Position numbers and translations under genes: made by a program
NCBI GenBank assembly: GCA_013265495.1
Contig: MU057719.1
Location: 620,001 to 684,000, forward strand
Length of the DNA stretch: 64,000 nt
From: Vicugna vicugna
Lineage: Eukaryota
Direction: 5' to 3'
Part shown: one piece after another, positions 37,001-47,029 of the stretch
Layout of the letters: every line of letters begins with the position of its first letter
Numbering within the stretch: the first letter of the stretch is position 1
Notes under the pieces: generated by a model
Seen by the model: only the letters and a program-made list of their open reading frames with translations
Told to the model about the DNA's origin: nothing
Databases searched by the model: none

Positions 37001-40000
37001 TGCGGGAGCTCTCGCTGCGGGAAGGCGACGTGGTGAAGATCTACAGCCGCATCGGCGGGGACCAGGGCTGGTGGAAGGGCGAGACCAACGGCCGGGTGAG
37101 TGGGCCGGCCCGGCGCCGGGGCCCCACATCCCTGCGGCGCTTGGGAGGGGGGCCTTCCGGCTCGGCCCCTGTGGGGATCGGGCAGGCAGGATTGGGCACA
37201 AAATGACCCTGCCCTCTTACCGCACCCAGGAGACTGGGTGTCCATCCACAGGCTCCATGAGCCAAGATGGCACAGTGAGGAAGGTGACTCCCTGGCTCAG
37301 ATCTGGCCCCAGTCCTATCCTATGGTCCTTTGTGGCCACAGCAGGGGGACAGTGTGGGGTGCAGTCTTCCAGTCACTTGCATGTGGCCAACCCTCTTTGC
37401 AGCAGGAAGGCCATGGGACCAGGAATAGCCTGGGTGTCCTCACTGACCTCCTGCCATTCCTTAAGGCCCAGTTTACACCCTAGTGAGATGGGAAGGGACA
37501 TTTGGTGTCCCCACCCAACCTGAGGCTCTGAGCCCCCGTGGCCACTTACCCTAGTCGCCTGTCTGGACCCCCAGACCTCCAGCTGCCTGTTGGCAGTCAC
37601 GCAGCAGGGGGCCGGAGCTCCATGAACCACGCGTTAGGAGACATGGCGCCCTCCTGGGAGCTGCGGCTGCCCGCAGACTTGGCCAGACTTGGCTCCCATC
37701 ACTCACCATTCCTTTACCAGGTGGCAGGAACTGGCTTGCCTCCACCTAGCATGTTGTCTGTCTCTTGGAGGCCCTCGGGTCGGATCCATTTTCCATCTGC
37801 CACTGGGTCCTAGGCAGCCAACCTAGAGGGCTGGGGCCACTAGCTCTCAAAAGTAGGAGGCACCTGGAGCTGCGATTTATAAGCACACACTTGGGCCCTC
37901 GCCCCAGTCGTGAAGCCAGCCAGTTCCCCGGGTGATGTCCGTGCAGAGTTCAGTCCTAGACCCGCTGACTTAGAGGGCTGCTGGGTACCCCTGGGACTTA
38001 AACCCGGCTGCTGTGGAATGTCTCTTCTCTGGCAGTTCTTCTTGCTGTGACGGCCACTTTACCTGCCACTAGAGAGGCACGAGCTTCTTGCAGGGATCAG
38101 TGTTTCGCGTGGCACACTTTTTTCGTTCTTGTGTGACTTTCAACTTCTCTGTACTCTTGCATTTAAGATAGCCGTGCAATAAAGTCTTATCATGAATGGA
38201 CTTCTATGAGCAAATCTGATCTGACAGCATTTGCCTTTCAACTGGTGTTTGTGGCCCATTTACGTTTAATGTGAGCACTGAGAAATTGAGATCTTAATGC
38301 ACCATCTGTTCATTTTCTGTTTGCGACACCTATTCCTTATTTTGTGTTTTCTTTCCTACTTTCGGATTGGTCAGTTTTTCTATTCCACTTCTCGCTCCCT
38401 TGCATAGTTTGCTAGTTACACATTCTTTTCCTGTTCCTTAAGCGGTTACCCTGGAGGTTGCAATGTGCACTTTGACTTCTGAGAGAGCACCTCAAGTTAG
38501 TACTTTCACCGCTTCCCAGACAACGCAAGGACCTTAGAACCTTTGACTACATTAATTTTCTTCCCAATTTTTGTGCGGGTATCGTCATGTGTCTTATTTG
38601 ACATATTTTTTAACCCCATAAGACGTTACTGTTGTTTTAAACCGTTAACGTTCATTTCAAGTTACCTCTGTACCTGGCCCAGGGCTCCGCCTTCCTTCCT
38701 GCGTTGTTGTGTTTCCACCCAAAACCACATTCGTGGTGCTTGAAGTTTCCTTTCCTTCGTGTGAGGGTCTGCTCAATTTTTGCTGGATCTGAATACGTCT
38801 TTATTTCACTTTCTGTTTAAAATGTTTTCATTGTAAAATGTTTGCAATTTACTTTGATACAATTTCAAATTGAAAGAAAAGTTGCAGTCGTGTGAAGGAC
38901 CCCCATACGCCCAGATTTACCAGTTAAGAATGGTTTGCCCACTTGGCTTTTCATCTGCATTCTCTGTGTGTATGCGCGTTTATTTTTCCCTAAACCATCT
39001 GAGAGTCAGTCTCAGAAATCATAGCCCTTTACGCCTAAAGAAATTCAGTGTGCGCTTCCTGAGATCAAGGACGTTTCCCTTTGATACGAGTGTCTAACCC
39101 ACTCAGACTCCACAGCTGTCGCAGTCGTGTCTGGCGCTGCCTTTGTTGGCCATGACCCTCAGCTCTCTTTAATCTGGGAAGGTCCTCAGCTTCTCTCTGT
39201 CTTGCGTGCCTTTGCCACTGTGAAGAGTGTGGGCCAGTTATCTTTGTGGACTGTGCGTCCGTTCAGGTGGGTATGGCATTTCTTACAATTGAGTTGAGGT
39301 GGTAGTTTTTGTGGGAACAGCACAGTGGGGGCGTCATGTCTTTGTCATTGGTGCAGTGTCCTGGCGAGAGGCTCACGGTGTCAGTTTGTCCCATTATTGC
39401 GATGGTAACTTTGATCACCGGGTTAAGGCAGTGTCTGCCACGTTTCTCCACCGTAAAGCGACGGTAACTCGTAAGTAATGTGCAGGGTGGTAGTTTGAAA
39501 TCAGATGAGCGTGCCTCCCTCATCACACTTTGGCCGCTAGCTTCGTCGTGCATCGATGCCCTTCGCCTCTCCAGTTACCTCTGTCGGCGTGGACGGTGCT
39601 GACTCCCCGTTACTTCCTGTGGACGTGTTAGCGGGCCTCCTGCTGTGGGGAAGCTGCTCCCCTTCGTCGCTGTCTCCCAGGAGTCAGTCGTCTCCCCAGT
39701 GAGACCTGCTTCCTTTTTGTGAGCAGTTGTATCGAGTTCACTTTTGAAGGGCGTTTTTACTGGCTTTAGAATTCCAGGCGGGAAGACCTTTCATTTCAGC
39801 ACTTTGAGGATGTCTCTCCATGGTCACCAGGCCCCCGTCATTTCCGTGGAAGCGTCAGTCCGCGTTCTTACTGGGGCCCCTTTGCAGGAAGTGTGTGCGC
39901 TACTCCCCTCCGGGGTCTGTGCTGAAAAAAGAAAACAAGCCTTTGTCTCTCATCGCTCTGTTACCATGCGCCTGGCGCGCTCTTCCCCGCACCTGTCCTG

Positions 40001-40864
40001 TCCGAGGTTCGCGGAGATTCTGGAGCGTGCGGCTTGGTGTCCTGCATCAGCTTGGGAGATTTCTTCAGAGGCCACGTCTGCTCCAGTCCCTCGTTTCTCC
40101 CTCTGGGGCTCAGTCCGCGTGGATGCGGGGTCGTCTTCACCACGGCCTCCGTGTTGTTTACGCTGTTACGTGTCTTCCATTTACTGTCTCTGGATTTCCA
40201 TCTAGCTACTTTTTACTCCAGTTTATTCGTCTTTTCTGCTTTGTCTCATCGGCTCTTAAATCCTTTCAGTAATTACGGTCATTCTATCTTCCAGGTCTAG
40301 GATTCTATTTGATTTCTGGTTTCGGCTCTCAGGTGAAATTCTCTGCTTTTCCGTCAGCTTTCTGCAGCACACGGGTTAGCGCTGTTACCTGTCCGGACGG
40401 GTGGCTGCGACAATTGGACGCCCTGCCGGCTGGTTTCCGTGGTCTGCACTCTCTCTTGCGCTCTTGCCCTTGGTCCTCGCTGGCGCTGAGCTTGCGTCTG
40501 AAACACCGCAGAAGCCGTAGATGACCTTACTTGCCTCCAGAGAGGGTTTAACTTTTTCCAGTTGGCAGCCAGTGAGGGGGGCAGGTCATCTTAAACTGCC
40601 CAGGGCTGGCGCATTTCAGAGTGACCCCTGCCCCGGCGCTGCGGCCCCACCAGGCTCTTAGCCTCTTCGCCGGGGCCTCTCCTGGGGCGGACCTGCCTTA
40701 GAACGCCAGCCTCTTAAGGCTCCCCAGCCTCCACGAGCCCCGGCTTGGCCTCACCTCGGAACACCTGCAGGCACACGCACGTGCACGTGCTTACGTGAGT
40801 CCGCCGTCTTTTTCAGATTGGCTGGTTTCCTTCAACGTACGTAGAAGAGGAGGGCGTCCAGTGA
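915..40864 (+). CDS. VAV2: VAV2 guanine nucleotide exchange factor, partial (5' exons upstream of window); 26 coding exons joined
   Basis: Spliced exons translate in one continuous frame matching Vav2 ([11 protein letters not shown]...DIYEDII, DH, PH, C1, SH3-SH2-SH3, ending [15 protein letters not shown]). Exon sum is 2188 nt and all introns are GT-AG. Confidence 0.98.
2814..2828 (+). CDS. VAV2: VAV2 15-nt microexon IRYMQ (alternative)
   Basis: TGCTAAC branch point 2771-2777, long pyrimidine tract, cag, ATTAGATACATGCAG, gtaagt donor; matches the recalled IRYMQ insert of long VAV2 isoforms. Confidence 0.9.
3336..3434 (+). CDS. VAV2: VAV2 exon 7, DH start ([33 protein letters not shown])
   Basis: tag acceptor, gtgggc donor, 99 nt. 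Confidence 0.96.
5432..5500 (+). CDS. VAV2: VAV2 exon 8 ([23 protein letters not shown])
   Basis: gcag/gtgagg; 69 nt. Confidence 0.96.
5583..5630. repeat. Imperfect 24-bp tandem duplication
   Basis: atccccaggggtccccgagggctg / atccctgggggtcccggagggctg. Confidence 0.8.
6661..6761 (+). CDS. VAV2: VAV2 exon 9 ([34 protein letters not shown])
   Basis: ccag/gtgagt; 101 nt. Confidence 0.96.
9328..9820 (-). mobile_element. L1 3' end fragment (laurasiatherian type)
   Basis: T-rich head ttttaaattgaaatatagtcagtttacaatgttgtg... and tccatccatgttgctgcaaatggc...gagtagtattccattgt, typical of reverse-oriented L1 3' ends. Confidence 0.85.
9920..10340. mobile_element. Degenerate L2-like fragment
   Basis: gggctttggtaggccaagatagggatttagttt...gagaaaccatcgagg resembles recalled L2 consensus. 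Confidence 0.4.
11226..11922. mobile_element. MLT1 (MaLR) LTR interrupted by an L1 fragment
   Basis: aaacaacagaaatttcgttctttctcagttttggaggccag...ggatttagggcccacc...ctgcaaagac, resuming as ...ggtggacgtggctttggg...cccagtaca after the L1. Confidence 0.7.
11539..11857 (-). mobile_element. L1 3' end fragment nested in MLT1
   Basis: poly(T) then aattgaagtatagtcagtttac...gttccctgtgctgtac...ggtaaccgtaggtttgttttctgtctgtgagtctgtttct; same family as 9328-9820. Confidence 0.85.
13630..13710. mobile_element. MIR fragment
   Basis: gcaagttcactgaggcctcagtttcctcgcctgagagtgggg, MIR core-like. Confidence 0.55.
14678..14777 (+). CDS. VAV2: VAV2 exon 10 ([33 protein letters not shown])
   Basis: ccag/gtaaag; 100 nt. 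Confidence 0.96.
15678..15773 (+). CDS. VAV2: VAV2 exon 11, DH conserved region ([32 protein letters not shown])
   Basis: tcag/gtgaga; 96 nt; Dbl-homology PxQRxxKYxLLL motif. Confidence 0.97.
16419..16487 (+). CDS. VAV2: VAV2 exon 12 ([23 protein letters not shown])
   Basis: ccag/gtgggc; 69 nt. Confidence 0.96.
17553..17571 (-). promoter_or_regulatory. CTCF motif (TGGCCACCAGGGGGCACTG)
   Basis: Near-exact match to the canonical CTCF core on the minus strand, VAV2 intron 12. Confidence 0.7.
18002..18088 (+). CDS. VAV2: VAV2 exon 13 ([29 protein letters not shown])
   Basis: ccag/gtgagt; 87 nt; DH C-terminal INExKR motif. Confidence 0.96.
20366..20451 (+). CDS. VAV2: VAV2 exon 14, PH start ([29 protein letters not shown])
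   Basis: ccag/gtgagc; 86 nt. Confidence 0.96.
21211..21343 (+). CDS. VAV2: VAV2 exon 15, PH ([44 protein letters not shown])
   Basis: ccag/gtgtgc; 133 nt. Confidence 0.96.
22251..22265 (+). CDS. VAV2: VAV2 15-nt microexon SHGKM (alternative, PH loop)
   Basis: Pyrimidine tract, TGC at 22241-22243, ctag acceptor, TCTCATGGGAAAATG, gtaagc donor. Confidence 0.92.
22960..23110. repeat. Degenerate (CA/TG)n alternating purine-pyrimidine tract
   Basis: acacgtgcatacatgcacgcac...gtacacacacatacagtgcacgtgcacacacgcgtg... Confidence 0.8.
23156..23265 (+). CDS. VAV2: VAV2 exon 17 ([37 protein letters not shown])
   Basis: gcag/gtgagt; 110 nt; PH C-terminal helix Trp. Confidence 0.96.
24401..24502 (+). CDS. 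VAV2: VAV2 exon 18, C1 start ([34 protein letters not shown])
   Basis: tcag/gtgcgg; 102 nt. Confidence 0.96.
24907..24995 (+). CDS. VAV2: VAV2 exon 19, C1 ([29 protein letters not shown])
   Basis: gcag/gtgagt; 89 nt; Zn-ligand Cys/His pattern intact. Confidence 0.96.
26082..26100 (-). promoter_or_regulatory. CTCF motif (TGGCCACCAGAGGGCAGTG)
   Basis: Near-exact match to the canonical CTCF core on the minus strand, VAV2 intron 19. Confidence 0.7.
27679..27695 (+). CDS. VAV2: VAV2 17-nt microexon (S-SPADL)
   Basis: cttttcag / GTTCTCCTGCAGACCTG / gtgagt; needed together with the next exon to keep frame. Confidence 0.9.
28509..28530 (+). CDS. VAV2: VAV2 22-nt microexon (DASGAGP-G)
   Basis: cctcacag / GACGCCTCTGGAGCAGGACCAG / gtgagt. 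Confidence 0.9.
29511..29638 (+). CDS. VAV2: VAV2 exon 22, N-terminal SH3 ([42 protein letters not shown])
   Basis: gcag/gtgggt; 128 nt. Confidence 0.96.
30685..30790. mobile_element. MIR fragment
   Basis: ctctgggcctcagtgtccttatctgtgaagtgggg...gttgtgagg, MIR core-like. Confidence 0.6.
30920..30994 (+). CDS. VAV2: VAV2 exon 23 ([25 protein letters not shown])
   Basis: ccag/gtgagt; 75 nt. Confidence 0.96.
32262..32314 (+). CDS. VAV2: VAV2 exon 24 ([18 protein letters not shown])
   Basis: ccag/gtgagt; 53 nt. Confidence 0.95.
33445..33549. promoter_or_regulatory. Intragenic CpG-rich NRF1 + Sp/KLF motif cluster
   Basis: TGCGCATGCGCG 33445-33456; CCCCGCC 33477-33483; GGGGCGTGGC ~33489-33498; GGGGCGGGGC 33524-33533; GGGCGGGG 33542-33549. 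Confidence 0.55.
33597..33713 (+). CDS. VAV2: VAV2 exon 25, SH2 ([39 protein letters not shown])
   Basis: ccag/gtatgt; 117 nt; SH2 YLIRER (FLVRES-like) motif. Confidence 0.97.
33797..33884 (+). CDS. VAV2: VAV2 exon 26, SH2 ([29 protein letters not shown])
   Basis: ccag/gtaggt; 88 nt. Confidence 0.96.
34939..35062 (+). CDS. VAV2: VAV2 exon 27 ([41 protein letters not shown])
   Basis: gcag/gtaagg; 124 nt. Confidence 0.96.
35833..35919 (+). CDS. VAV2: VAV2 87-nt alternative exon ([29 protein letters not shown])
   Basis: tgcag/gtaccg; symmetric phase-1 cassette; matches recalled Ser-rich insert between SH2 and cSH3. Confidence 0.88.
36941..37095 (+). CDS. VAV2: VAV2 exon 29, C-terminal SH3 ([52 protein letters not shown])
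   Basis: cagcag acceptor, gtgagt donor; 155 nt. Confidence 0.96.
38100..40330 (-). mobile_element. Old L1 (L1M/L1MC-like) fragments filling the last VAV2 intron
   Basis: AT-rich island with aatttcaaattgaaagaaaagttgcag and tgtcagtttgtcccattattgcgatggtaactttgatcac...ggttaaggcagtgtctgccacgtttctccac; subfamily not determinable by eye. Confidence 0.65.
40817..40864 (+). CDS. VAV2: VAV2 terminal coding exon ([15 protein letters not shown])
   Basis: tttcag acceptor; TGA at 40862-40864; completes the SH3 GxFPxxYV motif. Confidence 0.96.
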   Translation: MGWFPSTYVEEEGVQ

Positions 40865-42980
40865 CAGCAAGTGTGCGGCCGGGACTTGCGGACTTTCTTG
40901 GAGGAGTTGCTCCAGCTCTGAAGTCTGCCTCTAGCCCGTGACTCGGAGGGGAGTTGCCCGCCAACCTTGCAGCCTTCCACAGCCTGTGGGGTGGGGGGTG
41001 CTTGAAGTCCTGCACATGGACGGTCCTGCCATCAGCCTGCCCCGGGCGGCCTGTCCTGGGTACGCTGCTTGTACATAGAGGGGATCCAGGCCAGCCCTGC
41101 TTGCCTGCCACCACCAGTGTGCTGAGGAGAGGGAGCACCAGTGGCACCCGAGCCGGGTGCTGGGTGACCGCTGAGGCCAGAGCGCACCTTGCTCCTGTCC
41201 CGTTGAGATGGCCCTCAGGAGCCTAGGTCTGAATGGCAGATGCTGGTGGGGGAGGGCTGGGGACTGCAGAGGGGACCTTCCCCTGGCCCCTCCTGCTCAG
41301 GCTCTGGATCCTCAGCCCTCCTGCTTCCTGCTCTCCCAGGGGGAGGCTTCAGGCCTTGAGAGGCAGAAGGGACCGCAGCCAGGCTGCGGCCCCTGCCCGG
41401 CCCCAGCTGTGCGTGGTACAGAGGAGGAGAGCGTGGTGAGGCCTGTGCGGCCCCCGACCCCCCATGACCCTCTGCACCAGGGGCGTGCGGAGGCCCCCGG
41501 GGCGGGCCGCGCTCTCGGGGGGAGCCGGAGGGACGTCGCAGTTGCCGACCCTGCCCCCAGCCAGTGGTACTGCCCTTTGCCCCGCGTCCTCGGTGTGTCT
41601 GTCCTGTCCTGCTGCCAGGTGGCTGCTGCCTTTGTAACCCTGACGTGGGCGGGGAAGAAAGCGGGGTTCCCCCTCGCTCGGCCTCTGCTGCTCACCCGCC
41701 TCCCCCGGAGGAGGCTCCCCACTGCTCCCAGGCAGGCGGGCCCTCTGGGCCTCCCATGTCCTGCAAGGTGGCCCCTGAGGGTCTCCCCAGCCTTTGCACA
41801 GATGTTGGTTCTAGCCTTGGCAAGTTTTCCTTCCAAGGGCTCCTGCCGCCCACGAAACGGGACCGTGGCCAGCCGAAATAAGTGCTCTTGGGGGTGGCTC
41901 CACCCCCTGAACTCCCCCTCCTCACTCCTCCTGGCCCTTGACCTCTGACCCTGTTCCCTCTGCCCGGACGTTGCATGAGACCCAGTGACCCTGTCTCCTC
42001 CGAGCTCCGCGCCAAAGCTGCGGTGAGACCCGGGCTCCGTGGCTCGCCTCCTCCCTTTGATCAGCTGCACGAGACTGGGCGTCGTGAGGGCTGGATCTTG
42101 CCGGCGTGGGCGCTGGTGGCCTCGCTGCGGCCGGGGGTTCCCCTGAGGTCGCTCACCCAGCCAGCATCCTGGTGTGGGGAGGAGATGGGGAGGGCTCTGA
42201 GAGTAGCAAGGAGGAGGGGAGGCAGCCCGTGACGGCTGGAAGTGAGGGTGACAGGACCGCGTTGGGGGCCGTGGGGGAAGAAGGGGAAGAAAGACTCTTC
42301 CCGGAGAGAGCAGGCCCGAACCCCTGTCAGCGGGGCGCAGCCAGCCCGGCTGGCCCGGCCGTGAGCCCGGGACGGGGGAGGAGGAAGCCGGCCTGCCTCT
42401 TGTGTTTACGGTTGTCAGAAAGGTTTTGCTTTGGTCTTTGTTGTTGGGTTCTGTTTGTTTCGTTTGGGGTTTGGCTTGTTTGCTTTTTAAGGGGGGAAAA
42501 GGCTTGTGATTATTTCATCCAAAGCTCCGTCTTCTATCTGTGAATAAGAGGGAAGAGACTTTATCAGGCAAGAGATTAACGTATGTTTGAGATCATCATG
42601 AAACAAGACGTCATGGTAACGACACTGAGCAAACCTGATTTGCAAGCCTGGTTCTTGTGAATGTTTCGTTTTGTTTGTGTTCGTTCCGAAACCTGGGCTC
42701 GGTTTGCTCTGGTTTTGCCCTGCAGGGTGCGGGCGGGGAGGAGGGCTGGGCGGAGGCTGGGGCCCGGGGGGTTTTGGCAGGAGACGGGAGGCCCTCGGGG
42801 GGCTGCGGGCCGGGGCCTGAGGTCAGCTGTGAACACTTAGGAGCCCGAAGCATGCGGGTCAGCCATCTGGGGCTCCTGCAGCTGCTGGTGACCCCAAACA
42901 GAATACAGACTGTACATTTGCCAGTAGGTTTTTCAGATCACGGTTTTTACTGCAAATAAACCCGAACTCTTTTCTGCGAG
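40865..42980 (+). other. VAV2: VAV2 3'UTR (end approximate)
   Basis: Runs from the stop codon to the first canonical AATAAA (42955-42960). Confidence 0.75.
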
Positions 42981-43005
42981 AGTGACTGGTCTTTCGTGGT
43001 GGGGA
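42911..43005 (+). terminator. VAV2 polyadenylation signal
   Basis: TGTA 42911-42914, AATAAA 42955-42960, then U/GU-rich downstream sequence (ctcttttct...ggtctttcgtggt). Confidence 0.8.
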
Positions 43006-45699
43006 GGAGAGGGTGGCCGGATTCCTGTGTCCAGCAGGGTCTTCCCTGTGGGGATGCTGTTGGCCCAGGGGACAGTGGCCTGGGTCAGACATGGGGCTTG
43101 GGGTGGCTCAGCCCCAGCACAGGTTGGGGGTCCAGACAGCACATAATGATGCCAGGCCACCGACCAGGCAGCTCCAGGCTGGCTCCGCGCCACGGACCCC
43201 CGTGCAGGTCCTGTGATTCCTCCAGCAGCTGCCTGAGGCGGCGTCACTGTCTTCCCGTTTGGGTGGGACTCGGACCCCAGCCCTGACACTTGGATGTGTC
43301 CTTTAACTCCTGAACCTGTTTGTTTATATATACACGTTGGAGATAAAAATAGGCTCCCCAGAGGGTGCGTCTGTGGCTTATAATAGAGAAAATCAGAACA
43401 GTGTGGTAGAGACGGATTGCTCCCCGATGGAGAAGCAGTCCAGAGGCAGTGGTCCAGGGTGGCTTGGAGCCCACCCCTACTCCAGACTCCTCTCCTCCGC
43501 AGCCTGCACTTCCCTCATAGTCGCTTCGTGGTCCAAGGTGGCTGCTGGAGCTCCTGCCATCGAGTCCATGGCTAGAAGTGGAATTTGGTGCAGCATTTCC
43601 CCTTCCCCTCCTGACCACCCCTGGCTGCACTAGAGGCTAGAGATGCAGGACCTGGGTTGGGTGCACAGCCTGGAGAATGCTGGGTCCTGTTACTGAGGAG
43701 ACAAGTCCACCTTGGGGTGGTGAAGGTCAAGGGAGCCTTGGAGCTGGGTGTACATCTGGCGCTCGGCAGATGTCAGTTTTAGTTACAGACAAGGGAGGTG
43801 AGTGCAGATGTTTGAGGCAACACAGGTGGAGAGCCTTGGAGCTTGTCCCCGGCCCTGGTCTCAAGGACCCGGAGCCCCAGCGCCTGACTCAAGCTGGTGC
43901 CCCTGAGAACCAGATGGGAGGGTCACCCCCGACCCCCGCACCCCAGGAAACTTCTCAGGCCTGAGAGGCCCAGTTGTCCCAACACCACCTCCCCGAGAGC
44001 CAGCCTCCAGTTCTGCGTTCTCGCGTCCACGCATGGAGGGGAGGAAAGGCCTGGACCTTGCTGACCAGCTCCTGCGTCAGCACTCAGCTGCCCTGAGCAA
44101 GGGCTGAGCGAGCTTGGGCAGCTCTGCGGGAAGCCCCAGGCCGGGGAGCAGAGAGCTGTGGAGGCCTGAGGGGCAGCTGCAGGTGGACCTGGGGACACCA
44201 GGGGCTGGGGGCTGTGGGGGAGGGCACCCCACCTGCTGTGAAGCCCGGACCCGGAAAGGGTGGGAAGCCTCAGGCCTGCGTGTGGCCAGGGGAGGCCCAG
44301 CAGGGAGGAGGGGCCTGCCTGCCCGGGGCTGCCCCCCGGCTGCTGGGAAGCAGATCAGAGCTGGGCTCTCAGAGGGCAGCGAGCATCGTGCCCCTTAATT
44401 CTGACACCTGCGAGTTCCCGGGGGGCAGGTCCAGCCTGGAGGCCGCTGTGTCCAGAATTTGCGAAACACTTCTTGGATGAAAGATGGAAACAGCCTATCT
44501 TCTGAGGTGACGTGGACACCCTCCTCCACCCCAGTCCTCCGCCACCAACTCAGGAACGCCGCGGGAGATGCCGAGTGCGAGCCTGGGCTCGGAAGAAGGA
44601 GAGACACGGAGCAGAGTAGAGGCAGGAGCCGCCACCAGGGCAGCCTCTGGGCTCTTGGGCCGTCCGCGGTGACAGCTGGGATTCTAACACCCGCGGCATT
44701 AGCCACGGGTCCCCGGAAGCCAGCAGCCAGACTGGGCCCTGCATAAAGCCGAGATCTCAGAGAACTCCCCCATCACGGGCACGTGGATAACACACTTGGG
44801 TAAAACCAAAATCATGGGCCAGGACAAATGTTTTCATGCGTTTTTACCTTTCCAGAAACAGGAATGAAAAGGCACTGCACACTCCGGGACAAATCAACAC
44901 AGAATGGTTAACCCTTGACTTCGAAGATAAGATGAAAAATCCACTGGGCAGCAAGCAAAAGATTGAGTGCCTTACAAGGAGTCACTTGCGTTTGCCTTAG
45001 ACGTCACCCCGGGCACATTCGGTGCCACAAAGTCCTCCTGAAAAGAAAGAGGGGCCCCGGGGTTTATGCTCACGGAGTCGCTGAGATGTAAGTCGGCAGG
45101 CAGGCAGTTCCCAGCCCTCAGACCTCAGGGGCTGCTGTGTGCGGAGACGCCGCTTGTGCAGAGAAATGAGCAAACCTGAGGCCCACTTGAGCCGGGCGAG
45201 TGGGAAAGCCACACCGCGGGTTTGGGGGTGAATGAGTGCAGGAACCCGCCTTGACCGAGGGGAAGGTTTGGTTACAGCACCTGGTAACAATATAATAACG
45301 AGAGTAGAAATGATTTCAGGAAATGTAGCTGGAAAGAGGAAAAGCCAAAAGGTAGGAGGCCGTGTGGGCGCACTACCTTTCTCATCTCTTCCAGGTAAAA
45401 GTCAAGAGATAGTCTTAGAACCTGAAAACGGATGGAGGTGTGAGGACGCTGAAGAGCACAAAGGTCAGCGCTCAGAGAGACGAGGTAATGAACGAAAAGC
45501 GGGTGGAGGTGAGCGGAAGCGTTGGGAGGAGGAAGCAGCGTCCTCTGAGCACGGCGGCCGGGGTGGAGGTGACGAGTGTGTCCGGAGAGAAGAGGCGTGG
45601 TGTCCGTCTCCAGCAGGACGTGCATGGGCTGGTCTGTTGCTGCTGGACAAAATTTCCATAAACAGAGGCCAAGAGCAGCACACACTGGTCCTCCCGCCC

Positions 45700-46090
45700 T
45701 GTCGGTTACAGGAGTCCCGTGCGGGTCCCCCTGGGCTGAACCCGAGGTGCGGCCCGGGCGTGTCTCTCTGGAGGCTCTGGGGGAGAATCCACTTCCTTGC
45801 CTTTCCAGCTTCCAGAAGCTGCCGGTCCTTCCGTGGACCGTGGGCCCTTCCTCCATCTTCAAAGAGACACAGTTGGCATCTCCTTGTGTCGTCACATCTC
45901 TGTCTCCCTCTGACCACAGCTGGGAAAGGCTCCCGTGTGATTAGACTGGCCCCACCCAGATCATCCAGGAAACCCCTCCCATCTCAGGGTCCTTAGCTTT
46001 CATCACATTTGCCATGAGAGGTCACGCAGCCACAGGTGCCAGAGGTTAGGATGTGGACGGTCCCTCTGGGGGGCCATCATCCTGCCTACA
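45700..46090. mobile_element. MLT1 (MaLR) LTR
   Basis: ctctctggaggctctggggagaatccacttccttgcctttccagcttccagaagctgcc...cccttcctccatcttcaaag...ggttaggatgtggac. Confidence 0.8.
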
Positions 46091-46480
46091 GCAGCAGATC
46101 AGATGCTCTAACTGGTCTTCCTCGTAAACAACAGAATCGGTGGGGAAATAGTTCTGATTTCATCAGAGCTGGTAACAAGCAACACACAGAGGCCAGAAGG
46201 CAGGTGAGGGAGGGAGTCCAGAGAGGTCAGCGGTCTCTGCTCATGGGCGCGTGCCCAGGTGGGTGAGCTCTACCAGGTGCGGAGCCTGGCCGGGCGTGGG
46301 GGAGGCGGGGCGAAGCCCAGCACTGCGCCCCCAGAGCACCAAGTCTAATAGATGTGCCCTGTTTAAAAGCTGGGACGCCAGTGGACCTCGCCACCACAGC
46401 CTCCACGAGACAGCAAGAAGCGTTTTCTGTGGACCTTGACGATGGGTGGAAAGAAAAAACAAAAGCTTCCCTGAGAATCT

Positions 46481-46880
46481 GTGTTACAGGTCGAACCGCG
46501 TCCCTCCCAGGAAGCTGTGTTGAAGTCTTAGCCCCTGACGCCTGTGCATGTGCCTGTTTGGAAAGAGGGTCCTTGCAGGTGTAGTCATGCTAAGGTGAGG
46601 TCATTAGGGTGGGCCCCAAACCGGCGTGATGGGCTTCTTTACCAAAAGGGAGCTGTGGGTCCAGGCGCAGACACGCACGCAGGGAGAAGGGCTGGTGAGG
46701 AGGGCGGCGGATTTGGGGGCTGCATCCTCCTCCGGCCAGCGCAGCGCCCGAGGCCGGGGCAGAGGCGGGAGCACGGCCCCTCAGGGCCCGCAGAGGCGGC
46801 CAGCCCTCGACGCCCTGCTCTTGGCCTCTGGCTCCGGAGCTGCAAGGTGTGGCGCTCTGTGACGTCAGCCCTAGGAAAGG
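46481..46880. mobile_element. MLT1 (MaLR) LTR, opposite orientation to 45700-46090
   Basis: tgttgaagtcttagcccctg...tttggaaagagggtccttgcaggtgtagtcatgctaaggtgaggtcattagggtgggccccaa. Confidence 0.8.
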
Positions 46881-47029
46881 AGGGGCTCTAATTTGGCGCT
46901 TCAGAAGGTGCCGCCTGCATTTACACTTCCTGCGGGTCTGAAAGGCCAGGCGCTGAGTGTGAAGTGGGACCCCAGGTGGCTGGCGCTGCTGGGTGCCGGG
47001 GAAAAGGAAGTGCAAATATCTCTGGAAGA

